From positions 142,103 to 206,102 of the forward strand of contig JAXLZM010000002.1 in NCBI GenBank assembly GCA_046350855.1: a stretch of 64,000 nucleotides of DNA, in the 5' to 3' direction. The notes beneath the pieces were generated by a model, which made no database searches, was not told the origin of the DNA, and was given only the letters and a program-made list of their open reading frames with translations. The DNA comes from Candidatus Anderseniibacteriota bacterium. Its GTDB lineage: Bacteria > Patescibacteriota > JAUYIX01. A program made the position numbers and the translations under genes. Every line of letters begins with the position of its first letter. The stretch's first letter is position 1. This document shows positions 52,981 through 63,265 of this stretch, piece by piece.

Positions 52981-53895
52981 ATGAATTGGCTGCTCCTCGC
53001 CGTTATCCCACCGCTGCTGTATGCGGTCGTAAACCACTTTGATAAGTATCTCGTGCAGAGATATTTCAAGGGAGCGAGTGTTGGTGCGGTACTTATTTTT
53101 TCGGCGCTCATCGGGATTTTTGTCGCGATTCCTATTGGCATTTTTGTTCCCGAAGTTTTTGACTTGCCTGCTCGGCACTCCGCTCTCATCGTCGCAAACG
53201 GATTTTTGTATCTGTTGGCCAGCCTCCCATACTTTTATGCCCTCTCGAAAGACGAAGCCTCCGTCGTTGTACCTGTTTTTCAGCTCGTGCCCTTCTTTAT
53301 TCTGCTTTTTGCTTTTATATTTTTGGGAGAGACCATTAGTCTAAACGGCCTTCTCGGTGGCGCAGTTGTTGTTTTGGGAGCGGTGTTGATTTCGTTAGAG
53401 CTATCCCACAAAAAAGCTAAGTTCAAACAGAGCGTTTTTTGGCTGATGGTGCTGTCATCCTCACTTTTTGCGCTTAACTTTGTGCTCTTCAAGAATTTAA
53501 ACATCGACAGCACTTTTTGGATCACAAACTTTTGGGAATATGTCGGTTTTGTACTTTTTGCTGCTTTTGCGCTGGTCTGTATCCCGCCATACCGAAGACA
53601 ATTCTTTTCTGTTTTCAAACAAAACAAAAAAACGGTACTCGCGCTTAACGGCATCAACGAAATAATCGCAGTTGCAGCCAAGGCTTCGTTTAACTTTGCG
53701 TCGCTTTTAGCCCCGGTTGCACTCGTTTCTTTTGTTGGCGGGCTTCAACCGCTATTCGTTTTTCTTATTGGAATAGCACTGACGCTGTTCTTCCCTAAAA
53801 TTAGTAAAGAAAACATCGACGCTCGGCATCTAATTCAAAAAATAGTCGCAATTTTGGTGATTTTGGTTGGCGTTTGGATGCTGAGTTCAGCCTAG
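52981..53895 (+). CDS. EamA/DMT family transporter
   Basis: ~10 TM; VNHFDKYL, EASVVVP.FQ..P, FLGE, LQPLFVF. Confidence 0.88.
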   Translation: MNWLLLAVIPPLLYAVVNHFDKYLVQRYFKGASVGAVLIFSALIGIFVAIPIGIFVPEVFDLPARHSALIVANGFLYLLASLPYFYALSKDEASVVVPVFQLVPFFILLFAFIFLGETISLNGLLGGAVVVLGAVLISLELSHKKAKFKQSVFWLMVLSSSLFALNFVLFKNLNIDSTFWITNFWEYVGFVLFAAFALVCIPPYRRQFFSVFKQNKKTVLALNGINEIIAVAAKASFNFASLLAPVALVSFVGGLQPLFVFLIGIALTLFFPKISKENIDARHLIQKIVAILVILVGVWMLSSA

Positions 53896-54170
53896 GGAGA
53901 CTCTGCAAAAAGGGCCCTGGGAACCGTGTGGATTACTGCTACTTATACCCTAGCGCCCCAGCCCAAGACCTTGTAGAATAATCAGCAAAAGAGAGGACTT
54001 GCCGGCCAAGCAAAGGCCAACCAGCAGGTTCAACAGGGGAAACAAAAAGCGAACCAAAAGGACTTCCAAGACAGAGAGCTCTTGCGAGTTTGCGCTGTAA
54101 TGAGGCCGGATAAAGAGACCGGCCGCGAGGCAGCAGTTTACTTACTACACTTCCCTCACTTCCCATCCAC

Positions 54171-54674
54171 ATGGCTAGCTCACGTTCTGCCCAACCAACC
54201 GCACTAACCGCTGCCCAACGCGCGGGTGCCAGCACCGCTACCGGTCTGGCCGCCCCTGACATCGAATCCGCCCACTGGATTAACGTCAAAAACAACGGGT
54301 TTGGCTCGCTCACGGGTAAAATCGTCGTAGTGAACTTTTGGACTTACGCCTGTCACCATAGCCAATCGCTCCTCCGTCACCTCTCTGTTTTACAACGCAC
54401 CTACCGGCGCCATCCCGTCCAGATTATCGGGGTGCACACGCCGGAGTTTTTGTTTGAAGCAGATGTGGACAACGTTAAACGCGCCGTCCGGGACTTTCGC
54501 ATCAATTGGCCAGTCGCGGTCGACAACGATTACGAGAACTTCAACCGCTTTGGCGTGCGCTTTTGGCCGACCACCGTCTTGATCGATGCCGATGGTCGCG
54601 TAGCCGGGCGCTTTGTCGGGGCCGGGAGCTTCCCGGATCTGGCCCGCAGCATCCATGTTATACTGCCGCGGTAA
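54171..54674 (+). CDS. Thioredoxin-fold redoxin (DipZ-like) with CxxS
   Basis: GKIVVVNFWTYACHHS, IIGVHTPEF.FE, VAVDND, WPT..LID.DG. Confidence 0.85.
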   Translation: MASSRSAQPTALTAAQRAGASTATGLAAPDIESAHWINVKNNGFGSLTGKIVVVNFWTYACHHSQSLLRHLSVLQRTYRRHPVQIIGVHTPEFLFEADVDNVKRAVRDFRINWPVAVDNDYENFNRFGVRFWPTTVLIDADGRVAGRFVGAGSFPDLARSIHVILPR

Positions 54675-54742
54675 TTGATCGGCGCTGTCCTGGGGCAGTT
54701 GAGCCAACTTTAGTAGCGCAAGTTTTAACGGACACTTCTCGG

Positions 54743-55840
54743 ATGAACACCGATACCTCAGCTCTCGTGCAACCCAAAACGGTGCGCGAGGCGGTTGCTC
54801 TAACACTGGCCTACTGTGATGCACAGGGCTTGGTCGCCACGGCCTTTGACGTTTGGTACAACCTCATACGCTACCAAGCCAGTTACGGTGCGGTCTTAAG
54901 CGCGCTGCAAGAACTCGTCGCCGAGTCACGCCTGATCACGCAGGACGGATATTACTCACTACGCGGACTCGACGCCATCGAAGCTCGGCAGCTACGCCAC
55001 AAGGTGAGTGAGTACAAGTGGCGTCGCGCACGGCGCGTAGCACGCCTCTTAAGTTTGGTTCCATTTGTCCAAGCGGTGAGTGTGGTTGATAGTGTCGCGC
55101 TCAACAAAGCTAAACCACAATCCGACATCGATTTTTTTATCGTCACAACCCCGGGGCATCTGTGGGCCGCACGTATGTGTGCTACAGCTCTTACGCAAGC
55201 CTTGCGCCTGCGCCGCCACGGCACGCACGTGCGCGATCGGGCCTGCCTCTCGTTTTATGCTACCAGTGACGCCTTGGCCCTCCAAAACCTCTCGATTGCG
55301 GGGGGCGATCTCTACTTGGCCCAGTGGGTCTATCTCGTGAGTCCACTCTGGCAACGGGCTGGGTTTGACCTGACTCAACAACTCATACAGCACAATCCCT
55401 GGGCCGCGGAGCTTTTTCCGCAGCGGGCCACGGGCACCGTTAGTGATCGTCGCACCGTAGAACCCGGGCTTGCTCGTCTCACTCGGCCGTTCCAGTGGAC
55501 CCTCGAGACGCTTTTGGCTAAGCGTCTTGGACGGTGGGTCGAGACCAAACTCCGTACTCTGCAACTGCGGTACATGCACAAAACGCTCCCGACCGAAATC
55601 AAAAATCGTTCCAGCCATATCGTGATCAACGATCGGATGCTTAAATTTCATGAACAAGATCGGCGTACCTGGTTTAGAGAGCGCACCTTGGCGACCTACC
55701 AGCGCCTCCTGGCCCGCGAGCCGCTCAACCTCTCGCTCGACGATGTGCGCTTTGCCTCAGGAGGATTATTGGTTCAGCCGATCGGAGCCACGCTGGTACA
55801 ACACCGTCCTCAGAGCACCACACTACCGGCCCCGGCATGA
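54743..55840 (+). CDS. Nucleotidyltransferase-domain protein
   Basis: VPFVQAV, SVALNKAKPQSDIDFFIVT..G.LW.AR, CLSFY, LKFH..D.R. Confidence 0.75.
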   Translation: MNTDTSALVQPKTVREAVALTLAYCDAQGLVATAFDVWYNLIRYQASYGAVLSALQELVAESRLITQDGYYSLRGLDAIEARQLRHKVSEYKWRRARRVARLLSLVPFVQAVSVVDSVALNKAKPQSDIDFFIVTTPGHLWAARMCATALTQALRLRRHGTHVRDRACLSFYATSDALALQNLSIAGGDLYLAQWVYLVSPLWQRAGFDLTQQLIQHNPWAAELFPQRATGTVSDRRTVEPGLARLTRPFQWTLETLLAKRLGRWVETKLRTLQLRYMHKTLPTEIKNRSSHIVINDRMLKFHEQDRRTWFRERTLATYQRLLAREPLNLSLDDVRFASGGLLVQPIGATLVQHRPQSTTLPAPA

Positions 55841-57072
55841 TCACCTCCCTACGTCGCATTGGCGTAGGAGGAGCGCTCATACTCATCGTCTGGCTGGCCT
55901 CGTTTGGGGTACTGCTCACAAAAACCGTGCCGGTCTCGGGCGACGGGATTTACTACTTTGTGCAGCTCGAGTCGCTGACCCTCGATCACGACGTCGACTA
56001 TGCCAACAACCTTGAGCGCTTTAGGGCCAACCCCTACGTTGCCAAGCAACTCGACTCAGGCGTCACCACTCCAACCGGCCGAACCCCAAACTTGTTCTCG
56101 ATTGGGCCAGCCCTGCTCTGGTCACCAGTGTATGTGGTTGTGCACTTTTTAGCTCCGCAGGCAGAACTCCTTGCACCCAGCCTTGCGACCGGGCTTTGTG
56201 TATTGGTTGGGTTGGTCTGTCTGTATCGAGCTCTGCGCCGATTAGGGTTTATCGATACCGTAGCCGGACTTGCGGTTACCGCAACGTATCTTGGCACCAA
56301 CCTTATCTATTATTCGATCTTTGAAGCCAGTATGGCCCATGGTCTGGGTTTTGCGCTGGTTAGCCTTCTCCTACTCCTTGCCCTGCGGTCTAGTAAAAAA
56401 CTTTTGGGCGCGTTGGTGTTTGGTGTGATTGCGGGTCTCGCGGTGGACGTCCGTTGGCAGTTACTGCTTGCGGTTGTGCCGCTGGGGGTCCTCGCTTTTT
56501 TCCATTTGAAGACGCGCAACCCTCGTACGTGGTTAGCAGCCGCGGTAGGGTTTGCCCTCGGTGTTTTGCCACAGCTCCTGGTCTGGAAAGCTCTCTATGG
56601 CAGCTTTTTGGTTCTACCACAGGGGGCAGGATTTATCGTGCCGACTAGCCCACATTTTGGCGAGGTGCTCTGGTCAGCGCGTCATGGGCTTATCACCTGG
56701 ACCCCGCTCGTGTTGCTTGCAGTGGTAGGGGTAGTGCTGGCTGCTCGTACAAAAAATGCTGCCGTACGTGCGGTTGCACTAGTGTCCATCGTGATTTTAT
56801 TTTTACAAACGTACCTTAATGGTTCTCTCATCGAGTGGTGGGGAGGGGATGCTTTTGGGGCCCGACGTTTTACCGATGTCACGGCCGTGTTTGCATTCGG
56901 CCTCGCGGCTCTCTTTGCCGCGACCAAACCCAAATGGCGTGCCGTGCTTGCTAGTTTGGTCGCATTGCTTGTTCTAGCCAACCTGACGCTCATGCAACTC
57001 TACCGGCACGATCGAATCTCACGTTCTCTGCCGGTGCACGTGCGTGCTGCTGTGGAAGCACTACGCCACTAG
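55837..57072 (+). CDS. GT-C-like polytopic membrane glycosyltransferase
   Basis: GDGIYYF....SL..DHD.D, FSIGPALLWSP, EASMAH, RHGL..WTP, WWGGDAFGARRF. Confidence 0.75.
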   Translation: MITSLRRIGVGGALILIVWLASFGVLLTKTVPVSGDGIYYFVQLESLTLDHDVDYANNLERFRANPYVAKQLDSGVTTPTGRTPNLFSIGPALLWSPVYVVVHFLAPQAELLAPSLATGLCVLVGLVCLYRALRRLGFIDTVAGLAVTATYLGTNLIYYSIFEASMAHGLGFALVSLLLLLALRSSKKLLGALVFGVIAGLAVDVRWQLLLAVVPLGVLAFFHLKTRNPRTWLAAAVGFALGVLPQLLVWKALYGSFLVLPQGAGFIVPTSPHFGEVLWSARHGLITWTPLVLLAVVGVVLAARTKNAAVRAVALVSIVILFLQTYLNGSLIEWWGGDAFGARRFTDVTAVFAFGLAALFAATKPKWRAVLASLVALLVLANLTLMQLYRHDRISRSLPVHVRAAVEALRH

Positions 57073-57090
57073 TCGCGCTACACTATCTGT

Positions 57091-57243
57091 ATGACTTCCC
57101 GCACCTATCACGTCCTCTTTTGGTCCGTGCTCTCGCTCATGGTCCTTGTGTTTGCCTGGTACGGGTATCTCTTTAGCCGCGGTCTGGTGACCTTTAGCCT
57201 CGGCCCCACTATCGACAACACGATCATCATCAATAGCGACTAA
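57091..57243 (+). CDS. 50-aa single-TM small protein (below ORF-track cutoff)
   Basis: MTSRTYHVLFWSVLSLMVLVFAWYGYLFSRG...NSD*; TACACT 6 nt before ATG. Confidence 0.6.
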   Translation: MTSRTYHVLFWSVLSLMVLVFAWYGYLFSRGLVTFSLGPTIDNTIIINSD

Positions 57244-57384
57244 GACAGCTTTAGAGCCGGTAGAGAGGGCCATAGAGCCTTTTTGGCTACCTTGACTTTA
57301 TCTAAAAAAAGTGCTAAAGTCCTCGTTTAGTTTTCGGCTCGTTCTCTCTCAACACGACCAAAACGCCCCATCAAGGAGGAACTC

Positions 57385-57909
57385 ATGTTCTTGCTGCGCT
57401 CTCTCAATCCGGCTGCGCAGATCAGCGTACTCGGTGCCGCCTTGGCCCTGACGTTTGCCGGTGCTCAGTCGGTCTTCCAGTCTACGGGCCTCCTCTCCAG
57501 CCATCCGCAGTTCGACGACGTGCTGGTCGGCATTTACTCCGAGCGAGTCTCGCTCGATCGTGTCGAGCAGCGTGATCTGATCTTTGGTGGCATCAAGGAG
57601 GTGCCGCTGTTCTCCCTGACGCTCGGGCGTGAGTCTTTCTCAAACCTCGAGCCGCGCTACATTGTGGCTGTACCCTCCCTGGAGAAGTCACATGTCTTTG
57701 TGTATCCAGCCAGTTGCCAGCTCTGCGACAACGCCGTGTTCTTGATCGGACCGTACGGCGAGGTCCAGGCACAAGTAGCGGGTGTCACGGATCAAGCACT
57801 CAAGGCTTCTGGCCCCAAACGCTTTATCGTGATCGTCCCGAGCGACGATCCTATCGTCACTCAGGCTCCAAGTCACCTTCGGCAAGACGTTCAACTGGAG
57901 AAACGATGA
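57385..57909 (+). CDS. Hypothetical exported/membrane protein
   Basis: TTGACT-17-TAAAGT promoter (57292-57320), AGGAGG SD. Confidence 0.7.
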   Translation: MFLLRSLNPAAQISVLGAALALTFAGAQSVFQSTGLLSSHPQFDDVLVGIYSERVSLDRVEQRDLIFGGIKEVPLFSLTLGRESFSNLEPRYIVAVPSLEKSHVFVYPASCQLCDNAVFLIGPYGEVQAQVAGVTDQALKASGPKRFIVIVPSDDPIVTQAPSHLRQDVQLEKR

Positions 57910-58271
57910 AATACCTCGAGAATCTTTTGGAGAGTGAGCGCTTTGAGTGGGTGCTCTTTTGGGCCATGCTGGCTCTGGATCTCACCTGCTTTGCGCTCTT
58001 TGCCATCGAGCCCACCTTGTTGAGCTCGTTTGCGGCACTCGCGGGCGCGATGTTTTTGGCGCGGCAGCTCCACTACGTCGTGTCACAGGAACCGTTCCGT
58101 CGCAAGCTCTCGGCACTCCGCCTCGGTCTCGAGCGGGCCTTTGCTCTCGAGCATGAGGCCCGTATCCGGCACGAGCCCGAGCGCCCCGTCCCTACTCGGG
58201 CACAAATCGTGCAGGAGGAGGAAGAATGGCGGCATCGACAGCAGTGTTCGTTCTTTAGAACCTCGGCCTAG
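57906..58271 (+). CDS. Hypothetical two-TM protein
   Basis: ATGA overlap with upstream gene; MKYLENLLESERFEWVLFWAML... Confidence 0.65.
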   Translation: MKYLENLLESERFEWVLFWAMLALDLTCFALFAIEPTLLSSFAALAGAMFLARQLHYVVSQEPFRRKLSALRLGLERAFALEHEARIRHEPERPVPTRAQIVQEEEEWRHRQQCSFFRTSA

Positions 58272-58280
58272 AGCCACCCT

Positions 58281-58315
58281 AGACGCCCCGATCGCAGGAT
58301 CCCGGGCGTCTTTTT
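58281..58315 (+). terminator. Intrinsic terminator
   Basis: AGACGCCC...GGGCGTCT-TTTT. Confidence 0.7.
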
Positions 58316-58346
58316 CTTACCCAGCGATTCTGCTAGTATACAACCC

Positions 58347-59729
58347 ATGGAAATCAAACACTCCTCGCCCTCCGTGGCGCGTCCCGTCGAACACCATGCT
58401 GGTAAAAAGCGCTGGCCCTGGGTTCTCCTGATCGTGCTTGGCGTCATCCTAGTCGTGGGTGGGATCATCACCGCGCTCTACTTTTACGGCGGTAAACTGA
58501 TTTCTAAAAAGGACAATCAAGCGACGCAAACTAATCAAGCTACTCAGACCAATCAGCCGGCCCAAACACCCGCTGGTGGCTTTAGCGTTAAGCCCGAGCC
58601 CGATGCGGATGAACTGCACCAAGTGGTGGTCGGCCGTTACGACAGCGAGGATCTGGTTGGACCGGTCACGCTCTCGACCGTTGACGCGACCGACAGCGGC
58701 ACATTGACCGAGACCAAGGTGCTCACCCACGAGGCCAAAGTGCCCGATGCCCGCACCACCGTGACGACCTCACCCAATGGACAATTTGTGGCGATCACCG
58801 AGAGCGAGGTACCAACGACGGGTGGCGAGGATGAGGCAGCCGCTCAAGCCGATCTCAAACACACTGTCTCACTGGTCGAGCTCAGTAGCGGCAAAGAGAC
58901 GACCGTAGCCGATGGCCTCAAAGGTCTTGCGGCCGATCCACTTTGGACCCCCGACTCACAGCACCTGATCTTTTTTGAGACGGACCCCGCGGTTGAACAA
59001 GTGCAAAGTTTTAACGTCTACGACGTCGAGTCTGGTCTGACCGCCAGCACTAAATCTGCTACGGCTGAGGGTCCGACGGATTTGTTTATCCCGGTTAAAG
59101 CCACCGAGAACGATCTCTTTGTGATCGATACGACCGCGGGCTCGGAGGATCCGGGTAAACTGGGTACCTTTAGTCTCTCTGACAAGGCCGAGATCGGGAC
59201 GGATTTTGACAAGATTATCGATATGCCGGCGCAATTCCGTGGTCTGGATGTCTCGAGCGATGGTGGTCAGATTATTATGGCGCGTGGCAGCGGGGAAGAA
59301 CTCAGTGTCTCGACCGGACCGTACCTGCTCGAGTTGCTCGACCGTGACACTGGTGAGATCGAGGAGCTGCGCAAGAGTTCTTCTGATGAGCAGTATGGCT
59401 CGCCGCTCTTTACGCGCGACGGTGACTCTATTATCTACGGAGCGGCCTCGGGAATCTGGATGCTGGAGGTCAAATCCGGCGATCGGACGCAACTCATCGA
59501 GAGCAGCGAGTTTAACGACGTAAGTGGTGCGGACGGCGACGTCGTGCAGCCGGAGTTTATCAGCCCCAATGGTGAGCTGGTCGTGCTCAGTGTCCCAATG
59601 GATAAAGGCTTGACGCGAGACTTCTTTACGCTCGGCACGGATGCTGACCAAGCTGCCCTAGACGATCTCGGCGTGGTCGAACCGGCTGACTCCAGTGCCT
59701 CAGTAGGTGCCTTTGGCTGGACGATCTAG
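58347..59729 (+). CDS. Membrane-anchored acidic beta-propeller (TolB-like) protein
   Basis: TM, Gln/Thr linker, blade motifs SPNGQFVA, WTPDSQHL, VSSDGGQI, FTRDGDSI, ISPNGELV. Confidence 0.75.
   Translation: MEIKHSSPSVARPVEHHAGKKRWPWVLLIVLGVILVVGGIITALYFYGGKLISKKDNQATQTNQATQTNQPAQTPAGGFSVKPEPDADELHQVVVGRYDSEDLVGPVTLSTVDATDSGTLTETKVLTHEAKVPDARTTVTTSPNGQFVAITESEVPTTGGEDEAAAQADLKHTVSLVELSSGKETTVADGLKGLAADPLWTPDSQHLIFFETDPAVEQVQSFNVYDVESGLTASTKSATAEGPTDLFIPVKATENDLFVIDTTAGSEDPGKLGTFSLSDKAEIGTDFDKIIDMPAQFRGLDVSSDGGQIIMARGSGEELSVSTGPYLLELLDRDTGEIEELRKSSSDEQYGSPLFTRDGDSIIYGAASGIWMLEVKSGDRTQLIESSEFNDVSGADGDVVQPEFISPNGELVVLSVPMDKGLTRDFFTLGTDADQAALDDLGVVEPADSSASVGAFGWTI
58515..58568 (+). repeat. Three degenerate 18-bp tandem units encoding NQATQT
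   Basis: AATCAAGCGACGCAAACT / AATCAAGCTACTCAGACC / AATCAGCCGGCCCAAACA. Confidence 0.7.
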
Positions 59730-59898
59730 TACCGGTGCGCATTTGAGCGGATTGACAAAGGGGTAAAAAGGCGGTATACCGCGCAAGAGTTCTTTGGCAT
59801 TGTTACGCAACGGTGCTCTCCTTTTGATCGACCTTGGTCCGCGCGTGGGTTCAGCCAAACTGAAAACACGCGCGGACCAAGATTTGAGGAGGAGAACC

Positions 59899-60720
59899 GT
59901 GAAGATCGAAACGTTGAGTGATTCTTTTTCTGGATTGGGGCTGATCGAACAGCGCTTGGGAGAGTACGAGACACGCAGTCGCCGGAAGGCGCTGCGGCGC
60001 TCTTTGGTACTAATGGGGTATTGGGCCCTCGCGTTAGGGGCTCTCATCTCCCTACCGCTCTCGGCCTACCTGCGGAACCTGTGCTTTCGCAAGTTTGTGG
60101 TGCTCTTTTGTCTCTGGTTGGCCACGACCGTCATGCTCTGGTTGCTCTCCTCGTCGCTGGGGAGCGTGCGACGTAACGGCGCATTGGCTGGCCTGTTACT
60201 CATGATTCTCCAGACCAGTCTGTTTTGGCCCACGCCGACGACGAGCTGGTTTGTCAACGGACAGCTGCACAGCCTGGTCCCGGCCGTGGCCTTGCCGCTC
60301 TACACGTCCGCGAGTCCGATCACGGTGCACTTTAGGGCAGCCGACTACACGGCGCTCAATCTCTACTACGGCTTTAAGAACGAACGGGACATCAAGTTGC
60401 ACGCGCGGATTGAGTACGATCTCGTCTGTCTCCCAATCACGAGTGCTGGTGCCCAAAAACTGCTACCTGGCGGGGAGTTGGAGCATCTCGAAGCACTCCT
60501 GCAGGACCAGATTCGCCAGGCCTTGGGAGCTTCGATTGAGCGTGCGGCTCAAGAAGCTGACAAAGAAACTGCTCAAGAAAAGGGCAATCTGTATTCCGAG
60601 ACGCAGATCCTGGGCTCGGTCAGGGATGCTTTTCCTGATCTCAACATCTTTGGCACCATCCACGTGCGCGAGTGTGAACTCACGTTGGGTGGTCCACCGC
60701 CTCAGCTCGGATTGTTCTAA
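59899..60720 (+). CDS. Hypothetical membrane protein (three TM plus soluble domain)
   Basis: TTGACA-17-TATACC promoter (59752-59780), AGGAGG before GTG 59899, own terminator. Confidence 0.65.
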   Translation: MKIETLSDSFSGLGLIEQRLGEYETRSRRKALRRSLVLMGYWALALGALISLPLSAYLRNLCFRKFVVLFCLWLATTVMLWLLSSSLGSVRRNGALAGLLLMILQTSLFWPTPTTSWFVNGQLHSLVPAVALPLYTSASPITVHFRAADYTALNLYYGFKNERDIKLHARIEYDLVCLPITSAGAQKLLPGGELEHLEALLQDQIRQALGASIERAAQEADKETAQEKGNLYSETQILGSVRDAFPDLNIFGTIHVRECELTLGGPPPQLGLF

Positions 60721-60733
60721 GGCTTGGGTTCGC

Positions 60734-60768
60734 GGGCGGCGTCGATTACATCGACGCCGCCCTTTTTT
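60734..60768 (+). terminator. Intrinsic terminator
   Basis: GGGCGGCGTCGAT-TAC-ATCGACGCCGCCC-TTTTTT, perfect 13-bp stem. Confidence 0.9.
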
Positions 60769-60807
60769 ATTTGTGATGGCTTTGTAGAGCGCTGTTATGG
60801 CCAGCCC

Positions 60808-60834
60808 TTGTCACTCTCAGGGGGAGAGTGCTAG
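60808..60834 (+). promoter_or_regulatory. CIRCE (HrcA operator) overlapping the groESL promoter
   Basis: TTGTCACTC-N9-GAGTGCTAG versus consensus TTAGCACTC-N9-GAGTGCTAA, upstream of groES. Confidence 0.8.
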
Positions 60835-61077
60835 GATCCGCACGGTTGTTCTTTGCGTTTAGTGAGCGTTTTTGTCGTGTTGCGCTGGTCTGGTTTTTAT
60901 CGGGGACAAACCGAACATAACCAGAACAGCTTTAAGTCTGTGAGCGGTCGGCTACCGGTGGTAGCGGTCGCGGCTCGCAACAACAAAAACGCGCTCGTGC
61001 AAGGAGGCACGCGTATTTTTAGTTAGGCGCTTACGGTTTTAGCCGGGCGTCAGGTTTATCAATTAAGTTCATCCAAA

Positions 61078-61377
61078 ATGGCAGAACTCAAACTGCGCCC
61101 ACTTGCTGACAAAGTAGTGGTGCGTCCAAAAAAAGAGGAAGAAAAAACTAAGTCCGGGATCGTCTTGCCCGCGACCGCAGAAAAAGACAAGCCTGAGCAG
61201 GGCGAAGTCGTGGCGGTCGGCCCCGGTAAACTGACCGAGGACGGCAAGCTCTTGCCGATGTCGGTTAAGGTCGGGGACGTGGTGGTCTTTCAGCAATACG
61301 GTCCGACCGAGATTAAGATCGAGGGCACTAAGTACTTGGTCTTGAGCGAGGGCGATATTCTCGCCGTAGCTGAGTAG
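61078..61377 (+). CDS. groES: Co-chaperonin GroES
   Basis: LRPLADKVVV, TKSGIVLP, GEVVAVGPG, VKVGD, DILAV. Confidence 0.98.
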   Translation: MAELKLRPLADKVVVRPKKEEEKTKSGIVLPATAEKDKPEQGEVVAVGPGKLTEDGKLLPMSVKVGDVVVFQQYGPTEIKIEGTKYLVLSEGDILAVAE

Positions 61378-61410
61378 GTTGAACGACGGATTGGTTCAGC
61401 CAAATTATAA

Positions 61411-63072
<1,662 letters not shown>

Positions 63073-63094
63073 TTCTCCGAGTAAATCTAAACAG

Positions 63095-63136
63095 AGCGCA
63101 AAGAGCGGGTCTATCCGCGCCCGCTCTTTTTGTGCT
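63095..63136 (+). terminator. groEL terminator
   Basis: AAAGAGCGGG-loop-CCCGCTCTTT-TT. Confidence 0.75.
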
Positions 63137-63175
63137 GCAAAGTCGCGTAACCCGCCATAAATAGGGCCTGGACAC

Positions 63176-63265
63176 GGAGGGGTCTCATGGTGGCCTAGTG
63201 AGTTCGCTTGGAAAGCGAATGAACGGGTCAAACCGTCTCGAGGGTTCAATCCCTCCCCTCCGCCA
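63176..63265 (+). tRNA. tRNA-Ser (anticodon GGA)
   Basis: GGAGGGG acceptor, TTCGC-TTGGAAA-GCGAA anticodon arm, long variable arm, GAGGG-TTCAAT-CCCTC, G-CCA; T-loop and acceptor each look 1 nt short, probably read error. Confidence 0.9.
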
